From Methanothrix sp. (GTDB lineage Archaea; Halobacteriota; Methanosarcinia; Methanotrichales; Methanotrichaceae), in NCBI GenBank assembly GCA_963682135.1, contig OY821645.1, positions 2,720,001-2,784,000 on the forward strand: a stretch of 64,000 bases of DNA, in the 5' to 3' direction. Below, in pieces: positions 10,136 through 20,057 of this stretch. Every line of letters begins with the position of its first letter. Positions within the stretch are counted from its first letter, which is position 1. The translations under genes were made by a program, and so were the position numbers. The notes beneath the pieces are model-generated. The model had not been told where the DNA came from. It saw only the letters and a list, made by a program, of their open reading frames with translations, and did no database searches.

Positions 10136-10243
10136 TCTTGCAGCTTTCGCCTTACTGTCTCGGCTCGTGAATCTCCGGTCCTGAAAATAGAAAGCTCCTA
10201 GGAATTGACCCTCGGATTAAAAAAGAATCACTTTCTTCGCTCT

Positions 10244-11311
10244 TCACTCCTCCAGCGTTATCGCCCTGATCTCTATCTGAAGCTGCGGCTCATTGGAGTC
10301 GAGCACCAGCTCCAGCCGGTCCAGCGGCTTGCTCGGGTCCGTGTCCACCTTGGCATAGAAATAATGCCCCTCATAACCGTAAGCGGAGCTGGCTGTGCTC
10401 GGCCAGGAGTAGGCAGGCGCAACCTTGCTGTGCTTTAGCTGTGCCTGGGTCTCGGATCGGTCATAAGCCCATTCGGCGATGTTCACTCCCATGATCAGAT
10501 CCGTCGTCTCAAAGCTTCCATCCTCGTACCAGACATTGATATGGCCCACTTTGACGTTGTCTGGCACTGCGATGCTCCATCCGGCAAATTCCACAACATG
10601 AACGGCCTTGGCATTCTTACCTCTCAGATCGATGGAGTCAACTGCTTGCCCTGCATTGGCCTTCAGTGCCACACCTTCCACCTGAAAATCGATACCATTG
10701 TAGGTATGAGCAGTCCCGGTTCCCAATGCAGTCGACTGGCCTGCGGTATTTTTGCTGTTCCAGGATGCCATCCATTCCTGGGCTGTTTCCCAATCCACTT
10801 TTCCTGTGAATTGCGGGAACATGAGCGTGCCTGCGGCTTCCTTGGATATCACACATTGCGAGCTATCCCCATTGCAGTAAACATTCCAGACCTTAGGCTT
10901 GTTCTCCTCCCGCCAGGATGCCATCCAATTTTGAGCCGTATCCCATGTTACCTTTCCTGTGAACTGTGGAAACATCAAGGCCCCGCTGGCCTCCTTGGAG
11001 ATGGCGCACTCTGAACTGTCTCCATTGCAGTAGACATTCCAGACGGCAGGTTGTTTCGGATAGCCGTTGGCCAGCATCCAGTTCTGAACAGTATTCCAAT
11101 CCACTTTGCCCGGGAAGACGGTAAACATCAAATCCCCGCTGGGCTCTTTGGCCACAGTGCAGCGTGAGCCGTCTCCACTGCAATAGACATTCCATACATT
11201 CAGATCCTCAGGGCCCTGGGCAGAAGCAGACGGGATGACAATTGCAGCCAAGCACAGGACAACTGCCAAGAGCGATTCGATCCTCATATCCATCCTCATA
11301 TCCATCTTCAT
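10244..11311 (-). CDS. Secreted protein with three ~51-aa Cys/Trp repeats and a C-terminal beta domain
   Basis: Signal peptide, then three copies of VWNVYCxGDxSxCxxxKExxGxLMFxxFxGKVxWxTxQxWM. Confidence 0.8.
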   Translation of the reverse strand: MKMDMRMDMRIESLLAVVLCLAAIVIPSASAQGPEDLNVWNVYCSGDGSRCTVAKEPSGDLMFTVFPGKVDWNTVQNWMLANGYPKQPAVWNVYCNGDSSECAISKEASGALMFPQFTGKVTWDTAQNWMASWREENKPKVWNVYCNGDSSQCVISKEAAGTLMFPQFTGKVDWETAQEWMASWNSKNTAGQSTALGTGTAHTYNGIDFQVEGVALKANAGQAVDSIDLRGKNAKAVHVVEFAGWSIAVPDNVKVGHINVWYEDGSFETTDLIMGVNIAEWAYDRSETQAQLKHSKVAPAYSWPSTASSAYGYEGHYFYAKVDTDPSKPLDRLELVLDSNEPQLQIEIRAITLEE

Positions 11312-11351
11312 AGCAATCCCCTACCATGCATCTTGAGATTGTCTCCTATCC

Positions 11352-12104
11352 CTAAACCACACTGATTCGGAAGCTTTTCTTGTCCCCGAAAGGCATCGAT
11401 CCCGAGACCGTGGCCAAGGCAGCTTCCAGATCCCAGAATCCGGCATTTCTGGGCTTGATGCTCATGATGAAGGTCACGTCACCGCTGCCGGAAAGCTTCC
11501 GGCTCAGGCCTGAGTCCAAAATGCCGGACCTGTCTCGTATGGTTGCCTCCACTTTAGTTCCTGCCGCCAGGTTGGAGTAGACGGTGTGCACCTTTACCTG
11601 ACTCTCTTCTCCTACCGCAATCGTATCAGGTGGAACGACGTATTCGATGCTGCTAATCTCCACATCCGGTTTATTCTCCGCGTTCTCAACGAGCAGAGTG
11701 AAGGCTTTTCCGGCCAGAAGCTTGTCGCCCTTCCATATTTCCGCCTTGAGATGCCACTCGTTTATGTACTCAGGCCATCCCGAAGGAATGGAATAGCTGG
11801 CAGGCACCATAATCTCGGCGGGCGGGAACAGATAAGTGCCGCTGCCTGAGACCGTAGTCTCGCCGCCACTCTGAAAGCGGGGTGGAAAATCAGCATAGGC
11901 GAGGTGCAGGCTCAATGTCGATTCCGCCAGGTCGGTGTATTTGATTCCGACAACAATGGGCACACGTTCGCCTACGGTTAGTGTCTCAGGCGACAACGGA
12001 TATTGAAGTGAGTTGATCTTCACTTCCCCACCCTGAGCCGGCACAACTGCGATCAAGATAAGGCTGAAAAGAATAATGCCAACGCTTTGGTTTCTCATGA
12101 CCAT
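11352..12104 (-). CDS. Secreted hypothetical protein with two related Ig-like domains
   Basis: Signal peptide; internal duplication (VKINSLQYPLSPETLTVGE / VEISSIEYVVPPDTIAVGE, and SGSG in both halves). Confidence 0.75.
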   Translation of the reverse strand: MVMRNQSVGIILFSLILIAVVPAQGGEVKINSLQYPLSPETLTVGERVPIVVGIKYTDLAESTLSLHLAYADFPPRFQSGGETTVSGSGTYLFPPAEIMVPASYSIPSGWPEYINEWHLKAEIWKGDKLLAGKAFTLLVENAENKPDVEISSIEYVVPPDTIAVGEESQVKVHTVYSNLAAGTKVEATIRDRSGILDSGLSRKLSGSGDVTFIMSIKPRNAGFWDLEAALATVSGSMPFGDKKSFRISVV

Positions 12105-12215
12105 ATCCTCCTATCTTTTGATCTCTCAATAAGTACTAACCTAAATTATTAAACGTTATAAATAAATGCTTGCATTCATCCTTGCTTTTGTTTGTTCCGC
12201 TAGATATTTACTGCC

Positions 12216-12794
12216 TCAGCACACTATTTTTTCGAAGCAGTCCTTGCAGAGCACCTTTCCGCCAGCCGTCCTTCCCAGGATCTCCATGAAGCCTTCTTTG
12301 CACTCCTGGCACTTGAGAGACGGATAAATCCTGGCCTTCTCGGGTGCAGGAATATTGACATTTTTCACCGAGAGCAGATCTTCGTCCTTGCCGCTCAAGA
12401 TGTCCTCAATAACCTGAGCCCTCAGCCGCTCAAATTCCTTCTTCTCTTCTGCGGAAAGATTGCCGCTCGCCGCCTTCTGGCGCAGGGCGTCCATTCCCTG
12501 GAAGACATCGCCCTTGAAGTAGATGCGCATGGCGCGATCCTGATCGCGGGAGTAGAAGGTAAAGACCTGCTTGCCGTTATCCACAAAGATCAGATTGCCT
12601 TTGCCGGCTGTGCAGCCTAAAAGCGACTGCACCGCATCCACGCTGCAGGATTTGTTCTCGGCAATGCAGACCAGCTCCTCATCCTTGGAGCGGGGGTAGT
12701 GCTCTTTAGCATACTTTGCTACTCTGTAGCCCATGGCAAGGCCCGGGCAGATATGGCCGTGAAACTCAGCCGCTTTTTTAAAGTCTTCTTCCAT
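12216..12794 (-). CDS. FmdE-family protein (formylmethanofuran dehydrogenase subunit E-like)
   Basis: FHGHICPGLAMG, SCSVDAVQ..LGCTAGKGNL, and a C-terminal CxxC...CxxC zinc finger. Confidence 0.9.
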   Translation of the reverse strand: MEEDFKKAAEFHGHICPGLAMGYRVAKYAKEHYPRSKDEELVCIAENKSCSVDAVQSLLGCTAGKGNLIFVDNGKQVFTFYSRDQDRAMRIYFKGDVFQGMDALRQKAASGNLSAEEKKEFERLRAQVIEDILSGKDEDLLSVKNVNIPAPEKARIYPSLKCQECKEGFMEILGRTAGGKVLCKDCFEKIVC

Positions 12795-13227
12795 AATAGT
12801 CCCCTGGATTAAACCCCAATTTTGATTATTTAAACTAATTCTGTTGACTTGGAATAAGTAAGAAGCGGTCGATGCGAGAATAGTCCATGTGAGATAGCTT
12901 ATTGAATAAAAATGAAAAAATAAGGTGGAGCAGTTCAGTCTTATGCAAAAACCTTCTCAGGCATGGTGGGCCTTGTGCCTATATATTGGTCAATCATATA
13001 TAATAATAAAACAATTTATTTTAAAATAAAATCCTCGCAACTTGCTGCGCGTGGGTGCGCCGCCGTTTCACTCCTTTCGTTTTGTGGATAGCCACGAGTC
13101 TGTTCCTTTCGGCAAGCATAGCCAAGCATTCCAGGACGTCTCTTAGATTATGATCAAGGCCATAAAATACAGTCCATCATATGTTAAAAAATGTATATAA
13201 ACTCTTCTGAGGCAGACTACCCGAATT

Positions 13228-15576
13228 TTAGATTAGGCAATAAATGTGATACTTGCCATCCTTGTTCTCAACGCCATGAATATCGTGGCTGAAGCCCTTG
13301 AACTCCTTATCCCATTCTTGCAGGGCACAAAGGTACTTGAGATGTGGACCATCAGCAGGTCCGATATTCTCTCCAGAGAGCAGCATGGGAATGCCGGGTG
13401 GATAGGGAATAATTCCAGTAGCTACTGTTCTATAAGCTATCTCTTTATCATTCAAGGCCAGAAGTTCTGCCCGGCCATGCACCAGCCTCTGATAGGCCTG
13501 GTTGGGCGTCTTATCCTGTGTGGGTATTTTTGCATAGATCTCTTCCTGAAGCCCCATTAAATTCAATTCTTTCACCTTTTTGAACATCTCCTCAGCCAGA
13601 TCTCTCAGTCCCATCTTCCCATAGTATTCTGGATCCAGCAGCACCTTGTCAGGCAGAACCTCTTTCAAGGGAGTATTTTTATTGTAATCATCTCTAAACC
13701 TCAAGAGGGCGTTGACCAGAGTTCCCCATTTGCCTTTGGTAATCCCCATCGAGAACAGGAAGAGGATTGTGAAGTCCGTTGTCTTTTCCACGACTATGCC
13801 GCGATTGTCCAGGTAAGAAGTGACCAGCATTGCCGGTATCCTGACCTCCCCTTCATCCTTTAGAGATTCATCTCTCCCAATACCCGGGGTGACCACAGAG
13901 ACCTTGATTGGGTCAAGCATACAGTAGCCTTCCTCCAGATTGCTGAAGCCATGCCACTTGTCTTTGGTATGTAGCACCCAGCAATCTGGATTTTCAGCCA
14001 GTATCTTGGGAGACACTCTCTCGAAGTCGACGCCTTTAATCTTATCTGCATTCCATACGTCGAAGAACCAATCTCCATTTTCCTGAGATTCTTTGAATAT
14101 CTTTCGCATGCTCTGGCGGAAAGCAATGGCTTCATCTATCGATTCTCTGGTTAGAGCTTCACCACTCTCTCCGGACATCATGGCTGCGGAGACCTCATTT
14201 GAGGCGATTATGGCATATTGAGGCGATGTCGAGGAATGCATCATAAATGATTCATTGAATCGATCATGAGGGATGCATTTCTTGCCGTTCCTTACATGAA
14301 TGAAGGATGCCTGCGAGAGAGCAGCGAGCAACTTGTGTGTCGAGGTGGTGGTGAATACGGTGGGAGCATTGTCGGGTCTGCTCTTTTCAAACATGCCGTA
14401 TCGTTCGTTGTAGAGCGGATTGAAGCGGGCATAGCCGTACCATGCCTCATCGAAATGTATGCGGTCAACGCTATCGCCCAGGATCTCCAGGACGCGCTTG
14501 ACATTATAGCACAGGCCGTCATAGGTAGAGTTGGTGATAATCGCATGCATAGGCCGCTTATGTCTTGGATTTGCGTTATCTAAAGCATCAGCCGAGGACG
14601 AGATTTCCTCATCATTGCACTCCGGTTCGACTACCAGGTTATGAGATAAAATTGATTGCGTGACTGCTTCCTTGCCGATGTTCTCCGGATAGATAGGCCC
14701 AATCAAGCCCAGGTGGTTTCTGGAGGTCTTCATATAGGCAGGAATTGCGCCGGTCATTATCAAGGCCTGTTCAATGGATTTATGGCAGTTTCTGTCGACC
14801 AGGACGTGATCTCCGCGGGTGACGCTCGCCATAAAGACGATACGGTTTGAGGCCGAGGTGCCGTTAGTCACACTGTAAGTGCGGTCTGCGCCAAATATTT
14901 GGGCCGCATATCTTTCGCTCTCGCCGATTGGTCCGGAGTGGTCCAGCAAAGAGCCCAGTTCTCCTACTGATACAGAGAGATCCGACCTGAGCAGGTTTTC
15001 CCCAAAGTACTGGAAGAAGGCTCTGCCTACGGGTGATTTGAGAAAAGCCGTTCCGCCCGTATGGCCGGGGGTATGCCAGGAGTACTCGGAAACCTTGGCG
15101 AAGTCCATGAGGGCTTTGGTAAATGGCGGCTCAACCTGATCTCGGTAACGATTCATTGCCGCTAATACCCGTCCGGCAATGAATGTGGGTGTGTCTTCCA
15201 GCACCCAGACCAGTTCGTCCACCAGCGACATCACTTCTGCGTTGATCAATGGAGCCTTTCCGCTATCGGACATGAGAAAAACAGGCATATGGCTATTTCT
15301 GCTGCGTATTAGCTTGAGCAACTCTTTGGCTTTGTTATGGGTCTGGGGGTCATCATCGTCCAGGCTCCAATCCATGAGAATGCACTGGATTGAGGGATCT
15401 GAGAGAATTACTGACCTGCCATCATCTGCTGAGCATGATTCGATGACCGTTGCATCTTCATTCTCCAATTCAGCTACCAGAGCGCGCACAGCTCGGCCTT
15501 CCGCAGTGGGCAAATCGATCTCATCGTCTACTATTAGCACCTTCATTCCCAGCGCCAGATCATTAACTCTTGTCAT
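13228..15576 (-). CDS. Orn/Lys/Arg decarboxylase with wing (REC-like) domain, AdiA-like
   Basis: SWHTPGHTGG, VTNGTSASN, DRNCHKS, HFDEAWYGYA, PLP lysine in STHKLLAALSQAS, and PYPPGIP. Confidence 0.92.
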   Translation of the reverse strand: MTRVNDLALGMKVLIVDDEIDLPTAEGRAVRALVAELENEDATVIESCSADDGRSVILSDPSIQCILMDWSLDDDDPQTHNKAKELLKLIRSRNSHMPVFLMSDSGKAPLINAEVMSLVDELVWVLEDTPTFIAGRVLAAMNRYRDQVEPPFTKALMDFAKVSEYSWHTPGHTGGTAFLKSPVGRAFFQYFGENLLRSDLSVSVGELGSLLDHSGPIGESERYAAQIFGADRTYSVTNGTSASNRIVFMASVTRGDHVLVDRNCHKSIEQALIMTGAIPAYMKTSRNHLGLIGPIYPENIGKEAVTQSILSHNLVVEPECNDEEISSSADALDNANPRHKRPMHAIITNSTYDGLCYNVKRVLEILGDSVDRIHFDEAWYGYARFNPLYNERYGMFEKSRPDNAPTVFTTTSTHKLLAALSQASFIHVRNGKKCIPHDRFNESFMMHSSTSPQYAIIASNEVSAAMMSGESGEALTRESIDEAIAFRQSMRKIFKESQENGDWFFDVWNADKIKGVDFERVSPKILAENPDCWVLHTKDKWHGFSNLEEGYCMLDPIKVSVVTPGIGRDESLKDEGEVRIPAMLVTSYLDNRGIVVEKTTDFTILFLFSMGITKGKWGTLVNALLRFRDDYNKNTPLKEVLPDKVLLDPEYYGKMGLRDLAEEMFKKVKELNLMGLQEEIYAKIPTQDKTPNQAYQRLVHGRAELLALNDKEIAYRTVATGIIPYPPGIPMLLSGENIGPADGPHLKYLCALQEWDKEFKGFSHDIHGVENKDGKYHIYCLI

Positions 15577-15821
15577 CCTACATCACACTCAGCACGTATT
15601 ATGTGGGTGTATTGACCACTCTATTATTAAATCTTTGTAGAATCATTGATTGATGCTATTGAATTCTATCCTTGGATTTCGCTTATAGTCTTTTTGCAGT
15701 ATCACAAATTTTTTCGTTAAACGTGTATCGAAGGCGCGAGAGATTTCTGCTTGGGATATGCCAAATAATTAATACTAATAATACGTGATATATATGCAGA
15801 GATTTGGTGTGAGGTTGGAAT

Positions 15822-16665
15822 ATGAAGATTACTCTATCCTTGCCTGGCAGCAGTCCTGCTGCTCTTATTGACTGCCACGGGCGCTCTTGCCGGCATGGCT
15901 CAGTTTGCCGGTTCCTGGACAAATGTGGATACCAATACCGCTGGTATCACCAATCTGGATATTGCTACTATGGGTAGCAACGCTCAGGTACATGCCTGGG
16001 GCAAATGCCATCCCACTGATTGTGATTGGGGGACGGTGCAGGCTCAGGCATTTGCTCCCGATGTCTCCTCTGACGTTCTCAGTGGAGCCGACACCTTGAT
16101 CGCTGTTTTTGTTACATCATTTTCCCAGATCAGTCTGGTCATAAAGCCAGCCAGCAACCAACTTAAGGTGGACTCTTACGATCGCTTCATGGACAATAGC
16201 GGCAGAAGCAATTACCAGGCCAGCTATACCTTCCGGAAGGCTGAGGCACCTGGAGGCACAACTCTCGGCGATGTGACACCCGGTCCAGGCGACATTGGTC
16301 TAGGTGATATCGGCCCAGCCGACACGGGTCCTGGCGACATGGGTCCAGGTGGAACGATTCCCGGCAGCACACCGGCTCTGATCGATCTGACCGGCGTCTG
16401 GAATTGCGATGACGGCGGCATTTACTATGTTCGCCAGCTTGGAACGACCGTCTGGTGGTATGGAGAGCAGGACCCCAATACGCCCAACTGGTCCAATGTC
16501 ATGCGCGGCAGCATCAGCGGCAATATGATCAACGCTGACTGGTCAGATGTGCCCAAGGGAAGCGTGATGCAGAACGGTAATCTGGTCCTTCAGATAGCAT
16601 CCAATAACAAACTGGTGGCCATTTCCAAGACGGGAGGCTTTGCCGGATCGGTCTGGACGAGATAG
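15822..16665 (+). CDS. Secreted two-domain beta protein; ATG at 15822 is one base out of frame with the signal peptide
   Basis: The in-frame LLYPCLAAVLLLLLTATGALA signal peptide follows ATGAAGA. Domains contain VHAWGKCHPTDCDWG and DLTGVWNCDDGGIYYVRQ, joined by a GPGD-rich linker. Confidence 0.65.
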
Positions 16666-16675
16666 GAACTAAAAA

Positions 16676-16714
16676 TTATATTTTTCTTTTTTCCTATCTT
16701 TTGCTTTTTGTTAT
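16676..16714. terminator. T-rich terminator between convergent genes
   Basis: Several T-tracts directly after the stop at 16665. Confidence 0.5.
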
Positions 16715-17878
16715 TTAGCCGCAGCGTCCCGGCTCGGCAGAATAGGGCCTATTTTCCTTGAGGCACCATTGCATCTGCTCCAGTATCGGTTCGATCCTGC
16801 CGTTTGTCTCGCCTTTCAGCTTTTGCACCATGATCTCAGCTAAGCTGCCCTGCTCAATACGCTTTGCCACCAGTGGAAGATATCGCTTCTCCTCAGCAGT
16901 GGCGCTCTTTTCCGCCAATGCGAGCAGCTTCTCCAGCTCCGGGTGCATCCCGGCTACGCCGCAGCGCATAGCCATCTCCAGCATGTCCAGAAGAGCGCTC
17001 TCCTCCTCCTCCAGCACGATATCGGAGCGAAGCAGCGCCAGCAAGAATGCAGAGAACGCCATGTCCGAATGCAGGCATTCCTGCTCATCGATAGCTTTGA
17101 CCTCCAGGCACCTTCTGGTAAAACGTACAATCACGCCTCTGGAATTGACCCACTCTCGGCAGAGAATCTCAGCTTTGCATTTTTTTAGCTTGCTGTAGAT
17201 CTGCCGGTTGATCTGCACATAATCGTCGGCGCTTCTTAGCTTTTCCGGCAGTATGTCATGGCAGATCTCAGGAATGGCCGCCTGATTTTGCCGGTAATAA
17301 ACCAGCCGGTTGTCCATGTAAGGCGTGAGCTTTCCTTCAACCATGGGCGAAGAGGCGGAAACTGCGACGAGATAAGGCATAAGTGATCGAATCTTGTTGA
17401 ACATGGCGACCAGCTCTTCCTTGTCAGCGTAAGGAATGTTGATCTGCAGAGCCTGGATATTCAGCCAGCCATGCTGCTTGATATTGAATAGCCGGTCGTA
17501 TGCCTGATAGTACTCCTGCTCATCGTGATCCCAGTAGGTCGTCTCCTGCAAATTGAGCAACGGATGCATTCCCAGACCCATAAAACCGTACTCGTAGTTG
17601 GTGGCCCGGTAAAGCTCACAAAGACCCTGGTAAAGGTTTCTCTCCAAAAAGCTGAGGCTTCCGGGCCTTGCTGGAATCAGTTCAATGGCATGCTTTTGCA
17701 GCTCCTTGGAGACCAGTATTCCCCCGAAAGCCACCTCGTGCTGCACCTGCCCGGCGATTCTCTGGATTATGCGGTCAGAGATGGCCAGTGGCCTGTGGTT
17801 TTCATCGTTTATGGAGTACTCGTGCTCCGTTCCGATGGGCGATGCGGCTCTTAGCGCCTTGTGCATTGCTTTTGTCAT
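16715..17878 (-). CDS. Glutamate--cysteine ligase family 2 (GCS2) carboxylate-amine ligase
   Basis: GTEHEYSI, ELQKHAIEL, GLGMHP, QALQINIPY, SASSPMVEG and RCLEVKAIDEQ. Confidence 0.85.
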   Translation of the reverse strand: MTKAMHKALRAASPIGTEHEYSINDENHRPLAISDRIIQRIAGQVQHEVAFGGILVSKELQKHAIELIPARPGSLSFLERNLYQGLCELYRATNYEYGFMGLGMHPLLNLQETTYWDHDEQEYYQAYDRLFNIKQHGWLNIQALQINIPYADKEELVAMFNKIRSLMPYLVAVSASSPMVEGKLTPYMDNRLVYYRQNQAAIPEICHDILPEKLRSADDYVQINRQIYSKLKKCKAEILCREWVNSRGVIVRFTRRCLEVKAIDEQECLHSDMAFSAFLLALLRSDIVLEEEESALLDMLEMAMRCGVAGMHPELEKLLALAEKSATAEEKRYLPLVAKRIEQGSLAEIMVQKLKGETNGRIEPILEQMQWCLKENRPYSAEPGRCG

Positions 17879-17882
17879 TGCC

Positions 17883-18374
17883 TCAATCGGAAAGCGGGAT
17901 CTGTGCCACTAGATCCGTCTCCGGCTCCTCGATCTTCAAGATCTCTTCCATCTCAGCCGCAGGAGTGGCTTTTATCAGATGCATGATCTTCTCCACCGAT
18001 GTCTCGAATAGTCCGTCGTAGGCTTTTCGATTGGCTTTGAGAAATCGGACCATAGGGCAGATGTTTTCTCTCTTGAGGAATATCTGCAGGACATTGTCCT
18101 TGATGTCAAAGGTAAATGGTCCGGCGACGCAAGTCTCGGGCTTGATGGAGTGGATGCTGCATTTTCCGTTTTGAAATAGCACGCAAAATCCATCTTGCTT
18201 CAGGCGCAGCCTCTTGTATCCGGCAAACTCTACAGCGCTCTCTGTCACGCCGTTTTTTATCAGTATGTCTATTCTCTCCTGGCTCAGAGGGGGCCGCGCC
18301 TCAAAGCAGCAGCCACCATCCAGATGGCAAACGCTACAGGCCTGGCTTATGGCTTCACACAGGTAATCTTCCAT
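17883..18374 (-). CDS. YkgJ-family cysteine-cluster (Zn/Fe-S) protein
   Basis: CSVCHLDGGCC...CVLFQNGKCSIHSIKPETCVAGPF. Confidence 0.85.
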   Translation of the reverse strand: MEDYLCEAISQACSVCHLDGGCCFEARPPLSQERIDILIKNGVTESAVEFAGYKRLRLKQDGFCVLFQNGKCSIHSIKPETCVAGPFTFDIKDNVLQIFLKRENICPMVRFLKANRKAYDGLFETSVEKIMHLIKATPAAEMEEILKIEEPETDLVAQIPLSD

Positions 18375-18391
18375 CAGAATATCATCTCTAT

Positions 18392-19411
18392 TTAGAAATC
18401 GATCTTGTAAGAGTAGGCAGCATTTTCTTCCAGGGCCGAAAGGTTGGAGATGCCGGCGGCAGCTCCCAGACCGTACTCACCCTCAAAGCCATGCTGACCC
18501 AGGGCCTTCTCAGAAAGTTCATCGGCATAGCTGCATGCGTCTCCCGTCATCAGGTAGGAGATGATTTTTTGGAACATATCCGGATAATGGGCATCCTCTC
18601 CACCATCCAGGGACGGGTTATCATTGACCTCAATGACGTAGAGCTTTCCGTTGCTCTCTTTTATGTCCACACCATACATTCCTTTGCCGATGGCGTTGCC
18701 TGCCTCGCGTCCCAGCTCAATAACCCCAGGCGGAACCTGATCGGCGGGCACACTTTCCACATCGCAGTAGACGATATGGCCGTTCACGGAGGCTTGGATC
18801 TTGAAAGTTTCTGAGGGGATGATGTAGCGACAGGCATAGAGTAATTGTCCGTTGATGACCCCCACTCTCCAGTCAAACCTGCTCTCGATGTATTCCTGCA
18901 CCACAATCCAGTCGGAGAGCTTGAAGAATCTCTTGGCGATCTTCAATAGCTCGCTTACGGATGAGACCTTCTCCACCCGGACAGAGAAGGATGTAGATGG
19001 CTCCTTCAGCACCAGGGGCGTGCCCAGCTCTTCGAAGAGCTGTGCGGCAGAAGCCTCATCCAGCTCCTTCTTCTTTAGGAACTTGGTCCTGGGCATGGAG
19101 ACATTTTTCTTCATGAGGTGCATGTACATGTTGATCTTGTCGGCACAGATCTGAATGGAGCTGGGATCGTCTATCACCGGTATGCCATACATTTGCGCCA
19201 TCCTGGACGCCACATAGGTGATGTTCATGGGATCAGTGTTGGCGCGAATGAAGAGTGCGTCAAGTTTTGGTATCTTTTTGATGTCCACTGGAAAGATGAA
19301 CTCAGCAGTGTGGCCCATGCTCTCAGCCACGTCCCGGCATTTTACCACGGCCGTGAGCTGTTCAGAGCTGCTTAACGTCTGTCGATTGACGAAGATGCCT
19401 AGTTTACTCAA
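18392..19411 (-). CDS. RimK-family ATP-grasp ligase with a ~50-aa C-terminal extension
   Basis: CADKINMY, PLVLKEP, IVVQEYIE..DWRVGV and YGVDIKE...YVIEVNDNP. Confidence 0.9.
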   Translation of the reverse strand: MSKLGIFVNRQTLSSSEQLTAVVKCRDVAESMGHTAEFIFPVDIKKIPKLDALFIRANTDPMNITYVASRMAQMYGIPVIDDPSSIQICADKINMYMHLMKKNVSMPRTKFLKKKELDEASAAQLFEELGTPLVLKEPSTSFSVRVEKVSSVSELLKIAKRFFKLSDWIVVQEYIESRFDWRVGVINGQLLYACRYIIPSETFKIQASVNGHIVYCDVESVPADQVPPGVIELGREAGNAIGKGMYGVDIKESNGKLYVIEVNDNPSLDGGEDAHYPDMFQKIISYLMTGDACSYADELSEKALGQHGFEGEYGLGAAAGISNLSALEENAAYSYKIDF

Positions 19412-20057
19412 AGCGTCTCACCCTTTTATCCAGAAGGTCCTGTAACATTTCCGTTTCATCCTTGGATAATTGCGAATATTTCACCGGAGCCAGAGAAGAT
19501 AGCCGACAGCCGGATTCATCCTTGACCAGTACTACTTCTACTAACGGCAGCCGGAAGACCTCATAGATCTTCTCCGCCAGCGACTTCGCCATCTCACAGC
19601 AATTTATGGTCTTGCCGAAAATGGATACACATTTCGCTACGGATGAGTTTTCATTTATCTTCTGATAGCAGAAGGGGTACCTGCCATGATTGGTGACATG
19701 CTTGACGACCGTCTTGGCTTCTTCCAGGTCTTTGATCAAGAAATGGTCAGACGGCGTGGAGAAGTAGTTCAAACCGTAGACTATTGCAGGTAGCGAGACG
19801 TACTGGTTGGATATTATCCAGTCGCAGACCGGGATGCCTGCCAGCTTGGCCTTCTCGAGGCATATGGGAACAATATAGGCGTCCAGCACATCGCTGCTAC
19901 TGGGCGTGGTTTTAATGCCTTCATTCTCGTTCTTGACGATGGTATAGTACGGCTGCGTCTTGTAAAAGTAACTCTCATTTACAATATATTGGGAGTCATC
20001 TTCCTTTAAAGTATACATGATATCTTTTTTAGGAATATGCTCTCTTCGTTTGTTCAT
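19404..20057 (-). CDS. RimK-like ATP-grasp N-terminal (RLAN) domain protein
   Basis: ESYFYKTQPYY...PSSSDVLDAYIVPICLEKA; overlaps the ATP-grasp gene start by 8 bp. Confidence 0.7.
   Translation of the reverse strand: MNKRREHIPKKDIMYTLKEDDSQYIVNESYFYKTQPYYTIVKNENEGIKTTPSSSDVLDAYIVPICLEKAKLAGIPVCDWIISNQYVSLPAIVYGLNYFSTPSDHFLIKDLEEAKTVVKHVTNHGRYPFCYQKINENSSVAKCVSIFGKTINCCEMAKSLAEKIYEVFRLPLVEVVLVKDESGCRLSSLAPVKYSQLSKDETEMLQDLLDKRVRRFE

Noticed and set aside
11281-11311. 12-bp tandem repeat encoding MDMR at a gene start, as a phase-variation tract
   Set aside because: The unit length is a multiple of 3 with only ~2.5 copies, so slippage would not shift the frame.
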